Below the pieces are notes generated by a model. The model worked only from the letters and a program-made list of their open reading frames with translations. It did no database searches and was not told the DNA's origin. Of a stretch of DNA of 64,000 bases, positions 27,501 through 39,200 are shown in pieces. Every line of letters begins with the position of its first letter. Position 1 is the first letter of the stretch. The DNA is from Parasitella parasitica NRRL 2501 (lineage: Eukaryota; Fungi; Mucoromycota): contig MU619350.1 of the NCBI GenBank assembly GCA_025201805.1, positions 35,704-99,703 of the forward strand. Reading direction: 5' to 3'. Made by a program: the position numbers and the translations under genes.

Positions 27501-29680
27501 CCACTGAACTACTCTTTGATCGTGAAAAGATACTGCTGTTGTCAGAGTACATGAAGAAACTGCTAATAGCGCTGATCAACAAGGAGTTCCAATGCCCCAT
27601 TGTTGACATTCCGTATTACATTGTTCCTTTGGTCAAAAACTGCGAAAATACAACGTTCGAAGCATTGTCACCTGAAGCGTTGGAGGCGTTGGTTGATTGG
27701 CCTGAAATCGACAGCATTATACAGTCAAAACCACAGCCTTTTGTATTGGAAGAATGCGATCCCACAGACAGCATTGTGATTGACCACTCAGACAATATGC
27801 GACGTTATTTTGTTACCAAAGTGAGAACGGACATGAGCCCGCTCAGTTCCGTGCCTGAAGGTGTCAAAACCAAAGAAAATGGATATGCTACTTTTGCAGA
27901 CTATTACAAGGATAAGAAATACGCAGAGAACCTCGATACCAACCAACCCTTATTAGAAGTGAGACGTGTAAAAAAGGTGATGAATTTTCTATATCCTGGT
28001 CATATTGTCCCTGCCCAGATAAAGGGGCCTGTGTCAGCCTGGGCAGTACCTAGCTTTTGCCACAAGTTCTTTATGAGCGCAAGTGTATATCAAGCAACCA
28101 TGATGATACCCTCTATTATGACCCGAATCGATTCTGTTTTACTATGCCGTCAGTCAGCCGAGATATATGACTTGCCTATAAATGATGACCAAATGCTGGA
28201 AGCTTATACAACGCCGTCTGCAAGCATGGAAATGAACTATGAACGTCTTGAAACGCTCGGTGGTAAGTCATTTTAAGCAAAATCAAATACGACAGTCTAT
28301 TAATGTCCAGATAGATTCACTGCTCAAATTCATTGCGACCATTCGTTTATATATCAACTTTCCTTTCAGTAATGAAGGCGAATTGCATCATTTACGTATC
28401 CGTGTTATTTGCAACAGAGCCCTGTACAGATCAGCAAAACGTCTCAAGTTTTATAGATACGTTACCAGTCAAGCATTCAACCGTCGTTACTGGCGTCCGC
28501 CAGGATTCACTAGTCCAGCAGACAACCAAGAAACCATCGACGGCTTGCGATACCACAAACTGTCTGACAAAACGCTTGCTGATATTGTGGAGGCTTCGTT
28601 GGGAGCAGCTTACCTTTGCAACGGCCTCGAAGGTGGTCTACATGCTGCTATCCAGCTCCAAATACCCTTTGATGAAATCAAATGCTGGGATGACTTTTCG
28701 CCTACTTTCGAAGAAACGCGAAAGCAAGTTCCTGCTCGTGCAGAAACACGAGCCCTTCGATTACTGAACCTACCCAAGATCACTGAAATAGTTGGCCGTA
28801 AATTTGAAACCCCTTTGTTGCTTGTAGAAGCATTGACGCATGCCAGTTTACCAAATTCATCATCACCTTGCTACCAACGTTTGGAATTCTTGGGCGATGC
28901 GATTCTGGATTTCATGGTGATTCGATATCTCTTTGCAAAATACCCTGACGCTGATCCTGGTATCATTACTGATCTGAAAGACTCTTGTGTAAACAATCAT
29001 ATCTTGGGTATCGTCTGCGTTGAGACGGGTTTGTACAAGCATATTATTCATTACTCTGGAAAGCTGGTGAGGGCCATTGAGTACTTTGTGGGCAGCGTTG
29101 AAGAAACAAAAGAAAAGGGAGAAGCCGTAGGTGAATATTGGGTTGATTTCAATATTCCCAAAGTTTTATCTGATGTAGTGGAAAGTATGTTGGGCGCTAC
29201 ATTTGTGGATGCGGGATTCAGGTTGGAGCCAGTCGAAGCTTTGTTTGCCAAGTGGTTTTTGCCCATCTTGGATAATCATGTTACTCCTGAATTGATCAAG
29301 TTTCATCCTTTACGAAAGCTGATTACAGATTTGCAGAGATTTGGATGCGATGGCTTCATGCTTAGGTATATCTTTGTGTATGGGGCATTGATTTGATCTG
29401 CATACTTATTTGTTGCTATAGAAACCATGGCACAGGAGAAACCGGCCCTGAAAGTCAAAAATGTGTCATTTTCTTGCATGGTAAACCTTTTGCTACTGGA
29501 TCTGATTGGAACATCAAGACAGCTCGTCGACATGCTGCAACCAGAGCTAGCCAAAGACTTGAAGATGAGCCTAATCTCTTGGAGTCTATCTGTAATTGCA
29601 GAGTGTCAATGATCAAGAGAGGGCTAATGGAAGATGACAGGCTCAAGAAGGAGCTTGATGATGAGGATGAGGACATGTAG
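24575..29680 (+). CDS. Dicer-like RNase III/helicase (~1609 aa; possibly the Mucor dcl-2 orthologue)
   Basis: Exons 24575-25012, 25087-25314, 25409-28262, 28315-29365 and 29422-29680 (4830 nt, in frame). Motifs: LDTGAGKT, FDECHHA, GMTASP, ATNVAEEGLDI, SYIQSRGRAR, DUF283, PAZ-like, RNase IIIa YERLETLG|DSLLK, RNase IIIb YQRLEFLGDAILD, C-terminal dsRBD. Confidence 0.97.
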
Positions 29681-29821
29681 AGAGGTTTATCTCATCACGT
29701 GTGGTATTAAATAGCCGCGCCCTGCTCAATACGTTTATTTGGAAAATAAATTTTGTTTTGTTTTTGTTTTTTTTCTTTCTGTATTTGATATAACATCCTC
29801 CCCACTCGTCTTATTTATAAA

Positions 29822-30315
29822 ATGCTTCGTGCTGCTTTTACTGGTACCGTCTCCCGTGTTGCTGTTCGTTCAGCTGCTCCTGCTGTTCGTCCCATGACCA
29901 TTGGTAAATTTTTACAGCATTTTTTTTTTTTTTGGATTTGTTTAGGAATTAACAGTTTGATGTATTGAAATGTGTAGCTATGGGCAAGCGTTTTTATTCC
30001 GCCGGTCATGAGGATGAGAGCTTCGAATCTTTCACTGAACGTTATGTCAAGTTTTTTGACGGTGTGGAGGATCTTTTCGAGCTTCAACGTGGCTTGAACA
30101 ATGCCTTTGCCTACGATCTCGTTCCCGCTCCTTCTGTTATTGAAGCTGCTCTCAAGGCTTCTCGTCGTGTTGATGATTTCGCAACTGCCGTCCGTGTTTT
30201 TGAAGGTCTCAAGGATAAGGTTGAAAATGAAAAGCAATACAAAGAATATCTCGACGAATTGGCACCCATTAGAGGTGATTTGGGTATTTTGACCAAGGAA
30301 GAATTAAGCCAGTAA
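29822..30315 (+). CDS. COX6: Cytochrome c oxidase subunit Va (yeast Cox6)
   Basis: Presequence MLRAAFTGTVSRVAVRS, one intron, then ESFESFTERYVKFF...FELQRGLNNAFAYDLVPAPSVIEAALKASRRVDDFATAVRVFEGLKDKVEN. Confidence 0.95.
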
Positions 30316-30359
30316 ATTCAAATATATAATTTTATACATGTGTAAAGGAAAATAAAATA

Positions 30360-30397
<38 letters not shown>

Positions 30398-30407
30398 NNN
30401 NNNNNNN

Positions 30408-30461
<54 letters not shown>

Positions 30462-30745
30462 AAAAAATCACAGGCATTGACATCTTAGGAAAGATATTCG
30501 GTATGCATTTGCCAATACTGAGAATTCGCAACGCATTTTTTTCTTCTTTTTTTTTTTGAGCATTTATCATATCAATCTTTCATATTCACTTTTGACATTG
30601 GATGGGCCTACTGATTCTTCCTTTATCCGGGGTAAGACCGCTTAAAGTGACGTCGAGAACACTGTCCAGGTATTATAACGAGAAATGCGTAGTTGAGGAG
30701 CCATCAAATTTTGGGTGGAAACCTTTCTTTCAAATATAATTCAAC

Positions 30746-33092
30746 ATGTTGTCTCGTTTAGCTCAGGCCAGTAGCCGTCAAGGTGCTGCTGTTCAAAGAA
30801 ATGCATTGAGAGGACATTTTATCAATAGAGTCAACCGCACCACATCAATTTTGCGTAAAGACGTTCGTAAATACTCTACTGACAAGGAACCCCCCAAAAA
30901 GAAGGACGGCGAGCCATTCAATATCCCAAAAGGCTTTGAAAGCTTTTTCGGCAAACAATCTGGCAAAAAGGCAAAGCAATCTGCTGAAGAAGCAGCATCC
31001 AAACATTCCAAAAATTCAGCTGATCAAATCCCTAAACCTCCTCCCAAAGGCAACAGCAACAGTGGAAACGGTGGCGGTGGCAATAAGCCCCCAGAGGTCA
31101 ATGTCAATGTCAACATGGTACTAGGTACTGCAGTAGGCACCTGGCTTTTGTGGAAAATGACCTCTCCTGCCGATTCGTCCCGAGAAATTACCTGGCAGGG
31201 ATTCCGTACACAACTATTGGACAAGGGACTCGTCGATAAGCTAGTTGTTGTCAATCGCAATCGAGTTCGAGTCTATTTGCGGTCAGAAGCCAACTCATTA
31301 GGTGTATCTCCAAACCAAACGTTTGTGTTTACTATTGGATCTCCCGACAGTTTTGAGCAAAAACTAGAAGATGCTCAAAATGAGCTGGGCATTCCTTCCA
31401 ATGAAAGGATCCCTGTTGCTTACCGCGATGAAATCAGCGTATTCCAGACCCTCTTGCATTTTGCACCCACTGTATTACTTATTGGTGTGTTGGTCTATAT
31501 GACTAAACGAGGTGCTGGTGGTGCGGGTGGCCAAAGCGGAATCTTTGGCATTGGTAAAAGCAAGGCCAAGATGTTTAACCAAGAGACCGACATTAGAGTC
31601 AAGTTCAAGGACGTTGCTGGTGCTGATGAAGCCAAGGAAGAGATTATGGAGTTTGTCAAGTTCTTGAAGAATCCTGCTGTCTACGAGCGTCTTGGTGCAA
31701 CGATTCCCAAGGGTGCCATCCTGTCTGGCCCTCCCGGTACTGGTAAGACTTTGTTGGCCAAGGCCACCGCTGGTGAAGCAGGCGTTCCCTTTTTGAGTGT
31801 CTCTGGCTCAGAATTTGTCGAAATGTTTGTTGGTGTGGGTCCTTCCCGTGTTCGTGATTTGTTTGCTACAGCCAAGAAGAATGCTCCTTGCATCATCTTT
31901 GTAGACGAGATCGATGCTATTGGTAAGGCAAGAGGTAAGGGTGGACAAATGGGCGGCAATGATGAAAGAGAAAGCACCTTGAATCAATTGCTGGTTGAAA
32001 TGGACGGCTTTGACTCTAGCCAACATGTTGTTGTCCTGGCTGGTACTAATCGCCCTGATGTCTTGGATCCCGCCTTGATGCGTCCAGGCCGTTTTGATCG
32101 TCATATTGCTATTGATCGTCCTGACATCAGTGGTCGTGCTCAAATCTTCAAGGTTCATCTGAAGCCTATCAAGACCCTTGTGGATATGGAACAACTCTCT
32201 CGCAAGCTGGCTGCCCTTACGCCTGGTTTCTCTGGCGCTGACATTCATAACGTTTGCAATGAAGCTGCTTTGATTGCTGCTCGTCACATGAAGGATGAAG
32301 TCGACGAAAAAGACTTTGAAGATGCCATTGAGCGTGTTATTGCCGGTCTGGAAAAAAAATCTCGTGTGCTGTCTCCTGAAGAAAAGAAGATTGTCGCATA
32401 CCATGAAGCTGGTCATGCTATTGCTGGTTGGTATCTGAAATATGCTGATCCTCTCTTGAAGGTTTCGGTAATACCGCGCTCAAACTCTAGTTTGGGTTAT
32501 GCTCAGTACCTGCCCAAGGACCAATACCTATATTCCAACAAGCAACTTTTTGACAGAGCCTGTATGACATTAGGTGGTCGTGTATCTGAGGAAATCTTCT
32601 TTGATTCGATCACCACAGGTGCTCACGATGACTTGCAAAAGGTCACTAAGATCGCTTATGCCCAAGTTACTACGTATGGTATGAATGAGAAAGTTGGTCC
32701 CTTGTCATTCACTGATCCTCAGAATGAGCAACAATTCCAAAAACCATTCTCTGAACAGACCGGTACTTTGATTGATAATGAGGCTAGAAAGATTGTCGTT
32801 GATGCTTATGCGCATACTAAGAAGTTGTTGACTGAAAAGAAAGATGACATTGAAAAGGTTGCCAAGTTGCTGTTAGAAAAAGAAGTCTTGACTCGTGAAG
32901 ATATGGAAAGTTTGTTGGGCAAGAGACCCTTTGAAGAATTTACCGTATACGATGAATATGTTAGAAAGAAGGTAACTTTTGGCATGAATACATTTATAAT
33001 GACATGAGGCTAATCTAATACATCGGTAGACTTCCTCCCCACCACCTTTCCCTGAAGACAATCCTAGTGGAACTGTAGATGCTTCCAAATAA
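30746..33092 (+). CDS. AFG3: Mitochondrial m-AAA protease subunit (AFG3/YTA12/AFG3L2 family)
   Basis: Walker A GPPGTGKT, Walker [17 protein letters not shown] zinc motif, FtsH extracellular domain. One 3' intron (~32972-33029). Confidence 0.93.
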
Positions 33093-33455
33093 ACAATTCA
33101 TCACTGTTTACTTTAATCTTTGCCTCCCCTCTCCTTTTTTTATTTGCAGCCGAGTGAAATTAGACATGCAAAAATCTTTTATATAAATCGTTTAAATAAT
33201 AAATTATGTATTATAAGTTTCTTAATAAGAGTAGATAAATGGCTGGACAGATTTGTATGTGAACAAGATCATTGTAAATACCGTAGTAGGCTCAATCTCT
33301 TTGTTTTTCATCAAAACTGATATTTGGACCAGAAGAACAAAATAGGAAATGTGATTAGGCTTGAATCTTCTTGACACTTTACTTTATAGCGAATTCAAAG
33401 ATACAGCGGCTCCACCCTTTGGTTTTCGACCAAAGTTTGTTTCTTAACAGAGTCT

Positions 33456-33507
33456 TTGAGTCAAGGTCTAGTCTTTTGAGCCAAGGTGAAAGGCATTGAG
33501 ACAAGGT
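33456..33507. repeat. Three TTGAGnCAAGGT motifs at exact 20-bp period
   Basis: Motif starts at 33456, 33476 and 33496, with unrelated or partly related 8-bp spacers. Confidence 0.85.
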
Positions 33508-33683
33508 AAACTTAAGGGTGCTTGACACATTTTTCATTATGTTCCCTCTCATTTGTGTATTTGTATTTTGGAAAATGAATTTGACATGCTTAATAAAAAG
33601 AGAAGTGTGGCAAGCACAGCAAACAAGTTATTTTATATAGTCAATGGGGGAGGAGTTTTTAAATCTATCATAAAGCATAAAAT

Positions 33684-33975
33684 TTATAACGAAAGGATGA
33701 GAAACTCATCCCCATTGTATATGACTTCAGTTTGAGGCCCTATGCCACAGTTGAATTTGGTTGATACGTTATTGCCACTCAACACACCAGCTCTTGGAAT
33801 GATACCAAACGTGTATTCAGCATCTACAACAAGCTCCACAATCTGCTTGTACTTGCTAACAAACCGATAAATATCCTCGAAATCCATGGAGAGACCAACG
33901 TAGTTGATTACAACCAATCTTACTGGCTTCATATTTGTTCTCAGTGTATGAATCAGATCCTGCAAAGTGCCTGAT
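33684..33975 (-). mobile_element. Truncated ORF of a Mucorales repeated, resolvase-fold-like family
   Basis: GTLQDLIHTLRTNMKPVRLVVINYVGLS...FVSKYKQIVELVVD...KFNC resembles, from memory, the C-half of multicopy Mucorales hypothetical proteins (G-TQD...LVVIDYAGLS...FDCR). Intronless and set among TE debris. Confidence 0.45.
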
Positions 33976-34619
33976 GTGTCAATCTCCCAACCGGAAGTCT
34001 CAAGCATACCACAGTAGATCATGCTCCATATTTATATCTCAACATGACAATAGATGCAATTCTCTAAATCACACCATGTCTCACACTTTACACCTTAACC
34101 ACCTATCAGTCTAATTAGATTCACAAGTTTCCATTCCCATTCTGATAAATCAATGTGGATAAACATTGATTAGGATAAATTTTAGTATAAATAAAGATCA
34201 TGTCTCATGTCATTAAAAGCCTTCAGTTTTGTATCTGATTTTATTCAGAAAGAGTATTTATTACTTAATTTTGTATAACATTTACACATTATTTCGCTGC
34301 GTCATTCACACTGGCACAACACTATTCACCTTTGTCTTTAGTATTATCATACATCACACATATAATGCTAGTACGACATTGACAGCATCTGTTGTACCAT
34401 TAGGAGCAATCAACTCACTAAATGATACGTGTATTTTCTATTGAGCTAAGGTTGCAGCTTATTTTTGTCTCATAGGATCTGATGCAGCATGCTTCCTCAA
34501 AGCTTGGGCAGCTCCCAAATCAGACTTCTTAAAGTTGACGTTAATGAATGCCTGGTAAAATGGAGCGATTACTGAGCAATCTTTTTTAGCACCATCCAAT
34601 TCTTTTAGCTCAGATGCAG

Positions 34620-35200
34620 TAGACTGACCGAGAAGCGGGCGAAGCCAACGCAACTGCAAGGTGCTTTGCTGTAGCCAAGCCTAGACCGCCCAGTGACCGA
34701 GATATACACGCAGTATTGACACTGATCCGTGGAAAGAAGAAAACAGGCACTGAGACCATGCGCAGAACATGCCAAAGTTTGCTTAGGATGAGGGAATTCA
34801 GAACGGTCGACCTGCCTCGCACAGACAATCCGCGCTGTTGATGGATGAGACAACCTTAAAGCATCTTTTCGAAGAGCTGTTCTAGAAATACGTTTCGTTG
34901 AGCAATGCAGGTAAAAAGGGGAAAGCCCAGATAACGAATAGGGGAAAGTGAGCGAGCATCATGCCAACTAGTGAGTAGAGCGGGACGCCATGTGGATGTA
35001 TATATCATAGAAGAGCCGGAGAGAGAAATAGCTTCGGTCTTATGATAGTTGACCAGAGCATTGGAAGCCGCAGAATAGACACGTAGATGAAGTTGTAACT
35101 GTTCGAGATCGGAAGGAGAGTTCAGCAAACAAACAACATTATCAGCATGAGCCAGCATTTTGACTGTATTGGTTGTGTCGTTGGTAAGGATCAAGATCGA
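34620..35200 (-). mobile_element. Degenerate L1-like non-LTR retrotransposon RT fragment
   Basis: VKMLAHADNVVCLL (decayed YADD), VYSAASNALVNYHKT, IRYLGFPL, LSVRGRSTVLNSLILSKLWHVLR, GGLGL, LQLRWLRPLL. Frameshifted and deleted. Confidence 0.88.
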
Positions 35201-36245
35201 ACTCGGCGAAAGTAAGGAAATCGTAGCTACAGCTTGCTTTGGCAGGTTAAGGATACGGTAGATTGATGGATTGAGAATTTGGACCACAGGTGAAAACTGG
35301 TTCCAAACGCCACATCAATCCTCCAGCTTCGTTTCTAAAGCCATCCAGTGGGCTTCCAAGCAAAGTCTAGACATCCAGATTTTTGGAGTGCCAATGATTT
35401 CAAGACAATGAGCCGCGATTAAGTCTCAGCATTTGCACTCGGTTGCCTTTGTATGGAGTAACTTTTCCCTTGTTACGACACAACCCCTACCACAACAATT
35501 GAACAATTTGCCCCATCTTTTTACAGAAAATAGATATTGGGCTCACTTTTCGATGGAGGCAATACTCTTTAAAGTTGAGTAAACAAATTAAAAAGTGGGG
35601 ATAACTCAATATTAATCGAGCGCTGCATCTTTGACTTTGACCTTTTAATACTATTGGGTAAGTGACATTACCATTTATAAATTGTTTATAAAAAGTAACC
35701 AAAATCATCTGTTTCTTCTTTCGGAATTTAGCTTGATATAACGTTAAAGTATATAATCAAAGGTACCGAAATCTAATGATATCGAGTTTCTAGGCAAAGC
35801 ATCAAAATTTGGTTCATTGATGCATTGTTGCCCAATAAATTATCAGTTGTATATGCGTCACAGTAAACTTCTGAACAGAAAAGGCGTTTGACAGCTTAAA
35901 ATTCTATAAAAGTGTATTCCAAGAAATGACGTTTTCATTGTAGTACTGATGCATGACGCCAGGTATGTAGTACAACATGGATAGAGAAAAGGTAGTATGA
36001 GAAAGATCAATTGAAAACTATAAATGTACAAGGATCTGTCGTAAGAATTCAGTTGTTTGAACCCCAACTTTGCTACATCATTCCATTCACGGGGAAAAAA
36101 GTCTTATCCTCATTTCATCATTTGACTTTTTCTGAAACGAGCCAGTGCACAAACATACATTATATAGCAGCCCCTCTCTCCCTTTTTCTCTTTTTCTTTC
36201 TCCCTTGTATATATATATTTTTTTTTCTTCCATAAATTTTTTACA

Positions 36246-39200
36246 ATGGAGACAATTGCAAATTCCGTTCAAGTACCTCCACCGACAGATGTCTTGTACG
36301 AGGCAGTGATTAAACAGCCTCAGCAGCGCTCAATGATCACCAGAGTGATAGGGTTTGTCCCAATGTTATTATTTAAGGCTGTTGGATTCGCAACAATATC
36401 TATTCCAGTATTTTTCTACCGAGTGTTGACATGGTCGTTTACATTGCATCTGAACTTTTCGTCTTTACTCGTGATTTTGGCTGTGATTGCAACCGTCGCC
36501 TACTTGATTGTCAGATATCGGTTTTTGACAAAGTACTCTCGCTTGAAGCCCATCAACAAACCACCCAAAGTAGCATCTTCGTTTGATTTACACCCTGATA
36601 CAGGTGACGAGGATTATGCCGATAAACCTGGAGGCTACAAGAATTATCCAGACGAATTTTTGTCTGCCTTTTTGTCATCCATTAAAATTTTCGGTTATTT
36701 GGAACAACCTGTGTTTCATGAATTGGCACGCCATCTTCAGACCAAAAAGCTGCTGGCTGGAGATACTCTATTTAGAAACCCGGAACAGGAGCGATCCTTT
36801 TATATTGTTGTCGACGGTCATGTGCAAATGTTTGTCAAGCCTGATAATGCCAGCGATGACGAGGATAGCAGCGATGATTCGGATTATGAAGAGGGAATTG
36901 CAGGCGACTACAAGCGATGGAAAGACGATGACGAGTTTATGGATTCAGATAATAGTGGCAGAAAACGAGATAAATTCAGGAAATACACTCTGATTAATGA
37001 GGTCAGTGCTGGTGGAACATTATCCAGTTTGTTCACCATCCTGTCGATTTTCAGGGAGAGTTTCAACCGATCTGAGGCCAAGGAGAGACAACGGCAGAAG
37101 TCGACTGCTGCTGCTGCGATGGCTGCTACTAACGCCAAATCTCAATTGACCAGAGTTGCTCCAGTTTCTGCAGACATGAGCAGAGAAGCATCCACTGACG
37201 AATGGCGCCATGTTTTTCCAGGACTAGAAGAACCAACCATGCTGCATTCTCGGCCCGATTCTGAAACAAGTGTCATCAACAGTGGAGGATTAAGGAGAAG
37301 AAGCAAGACGTCTCAGCTGCAACAGCCTACAATGAGCGACATGGAGGACAATTATTTCACTGGTGAACACGATCCACACGAATTGACGACAGGAGCTTTG
37401 AGCACTATGGCTATGCCAATGCCGCTTCGTACGTTACCTGGTTCATCGCCAGCACAGCCTCGACAGACCCGCCCTAGTTTATATTCAAATCACAGCATGC
37501 CACGTCGTTCATACAGATCTGTCCATCCGAATATCATTGCACGTGCAACTGTTGATACAACATTAGCCGTTATACCCGAAGAGGCTTTCCATAAACTGAC
37601 ACAAAAGTTCCCCAAGGCAGCTGCGCATATTGTGCAAGTGATTGTAACAAGGTTCCAGCGTGTTACGTTGATGACAAGTCATAGGTATCTTGGGCTAACA
37701 AAGGAGCTGCTGCGTCTGGAGAAGCTAGTCAACGAATCTGCCAGTCTCCATGAATTGCCGCCCAACTTCTTTGCTCCTGGCGGCATGGATCGTCTGAGAC
37801 GCAAATTTAATGACGACGAAACTTCATCTGAAGACAGTGATGCTGGTTTGGGCCCATCCGAGATCAGCCGTAACGAGAACTCTGGTATTATTCAAGCCAT
37901 TGGCATCATTGATATCCCAGGAACTCCTTCCTTACATATCAACAGCCCTGTTATTGGAGGCACTAGCAATCTCGGTGTATCTCCTGTTTCAACAAAAGGT
38001 GGGTCCCCTCGTTTGATCCATCAAAACCTGAATCGCAAAGGCGAATACAGTGTTGAAGATGATGAGCACCTGAGGACTTCTGTAATGCATTGTATATCAG
38101 ACGCATTGGGTATCAAGGCCATGCCCATTAGTCATGCTAACAACGACCAAAACTCTCGATCATCGCCTCGTGCTCCTCGTAGATTTCCTCAGTATCCCAT
38201 GGATCTCTTTTCACAAACAGGCAGTATTGCTTTGGGTGGGTCTCCTTTACTGGATCCTCATGATGGCCCTTATTACGACGATGATACGGACGGTCGCTCT
38301 ACCACTTCATCCGTCCATTCCGGCAACAATGGCTCTGATATCTTCAATCGCAACAAAAATGTGGATCCAATCTCTCCTGAGGATGTCCAGATTTTGTACT
38401 TTCCAAAAGATGCTGTCTTGGTTAGAGAAGGCGCTCACAACAATGGCTTATTCTTTGTTATCGATGGTCTGTTGGAAGCTTCGATGACCCCTGCTGCTGG
38501 CGAAGACGTCTTGGGAGACGTTGTTCAGGACAATACGGGAAAGAGTAAAAAGAACAAAAAGTTCCGTCAGTCAGTTCATCGACGAAAATCACGTATTATT
38601 GACCCTGATTTCACCTTGACGCCCACATCTTCTACATCCTCCGTCCCTCAAAATTCGCAGGCTGATCCCAGCAAGGTGTCGAGCACAAGTGCAAAACAAG
38701 ACAAGGTGGTTGCTTCTGAAGCCCCTGCTGGTCGCAGTAACGATAATAACAAGAACAAAGACGATCAGGAAAAAGTCAAAAAGCCGTTGTTCATCATCAA
38801 GCCTGGTGGTCTGGCTGGTTATCTGGATGCTTTAACTGGTTTCCCTAGTTTCGTAGAAATCAAGGCTAAAACTGATACTTATGTGGGATATATTTCCAAG
38901 AAACGCCTTGACCGTATTACTGACAAGAACCCTTCCGTCATGCTCAAGCTTGCTAATCAACTAGTCGGTCATGTCAGCCCCCTGAGTAAGTGTCACAGGC
39001 CAATAGCCTCGCAAAATAGATCTATACAGCAGCTAACAAATCTCTATCCCTCTAGTTCTCCACATTGACATTTCGTTGGAATGGATGCAAGTGAATGCTG
39101 GTCAGATAATTTGCAGAGAAGGTGAACCTAGCGATGCTATTTACATGGTACTTCATGGTCGTTTAAGAACCATTCATGAAAAGAAGGAAGGAGCAATTGA

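Noticed and set aside
33456-33507. CRISPR-like interpretation of the phased repeats
   Set aside because: Repeats (12 bp) and spacers (8 bp) are far too short, there are no cas genes, and the context is eukaryotic.
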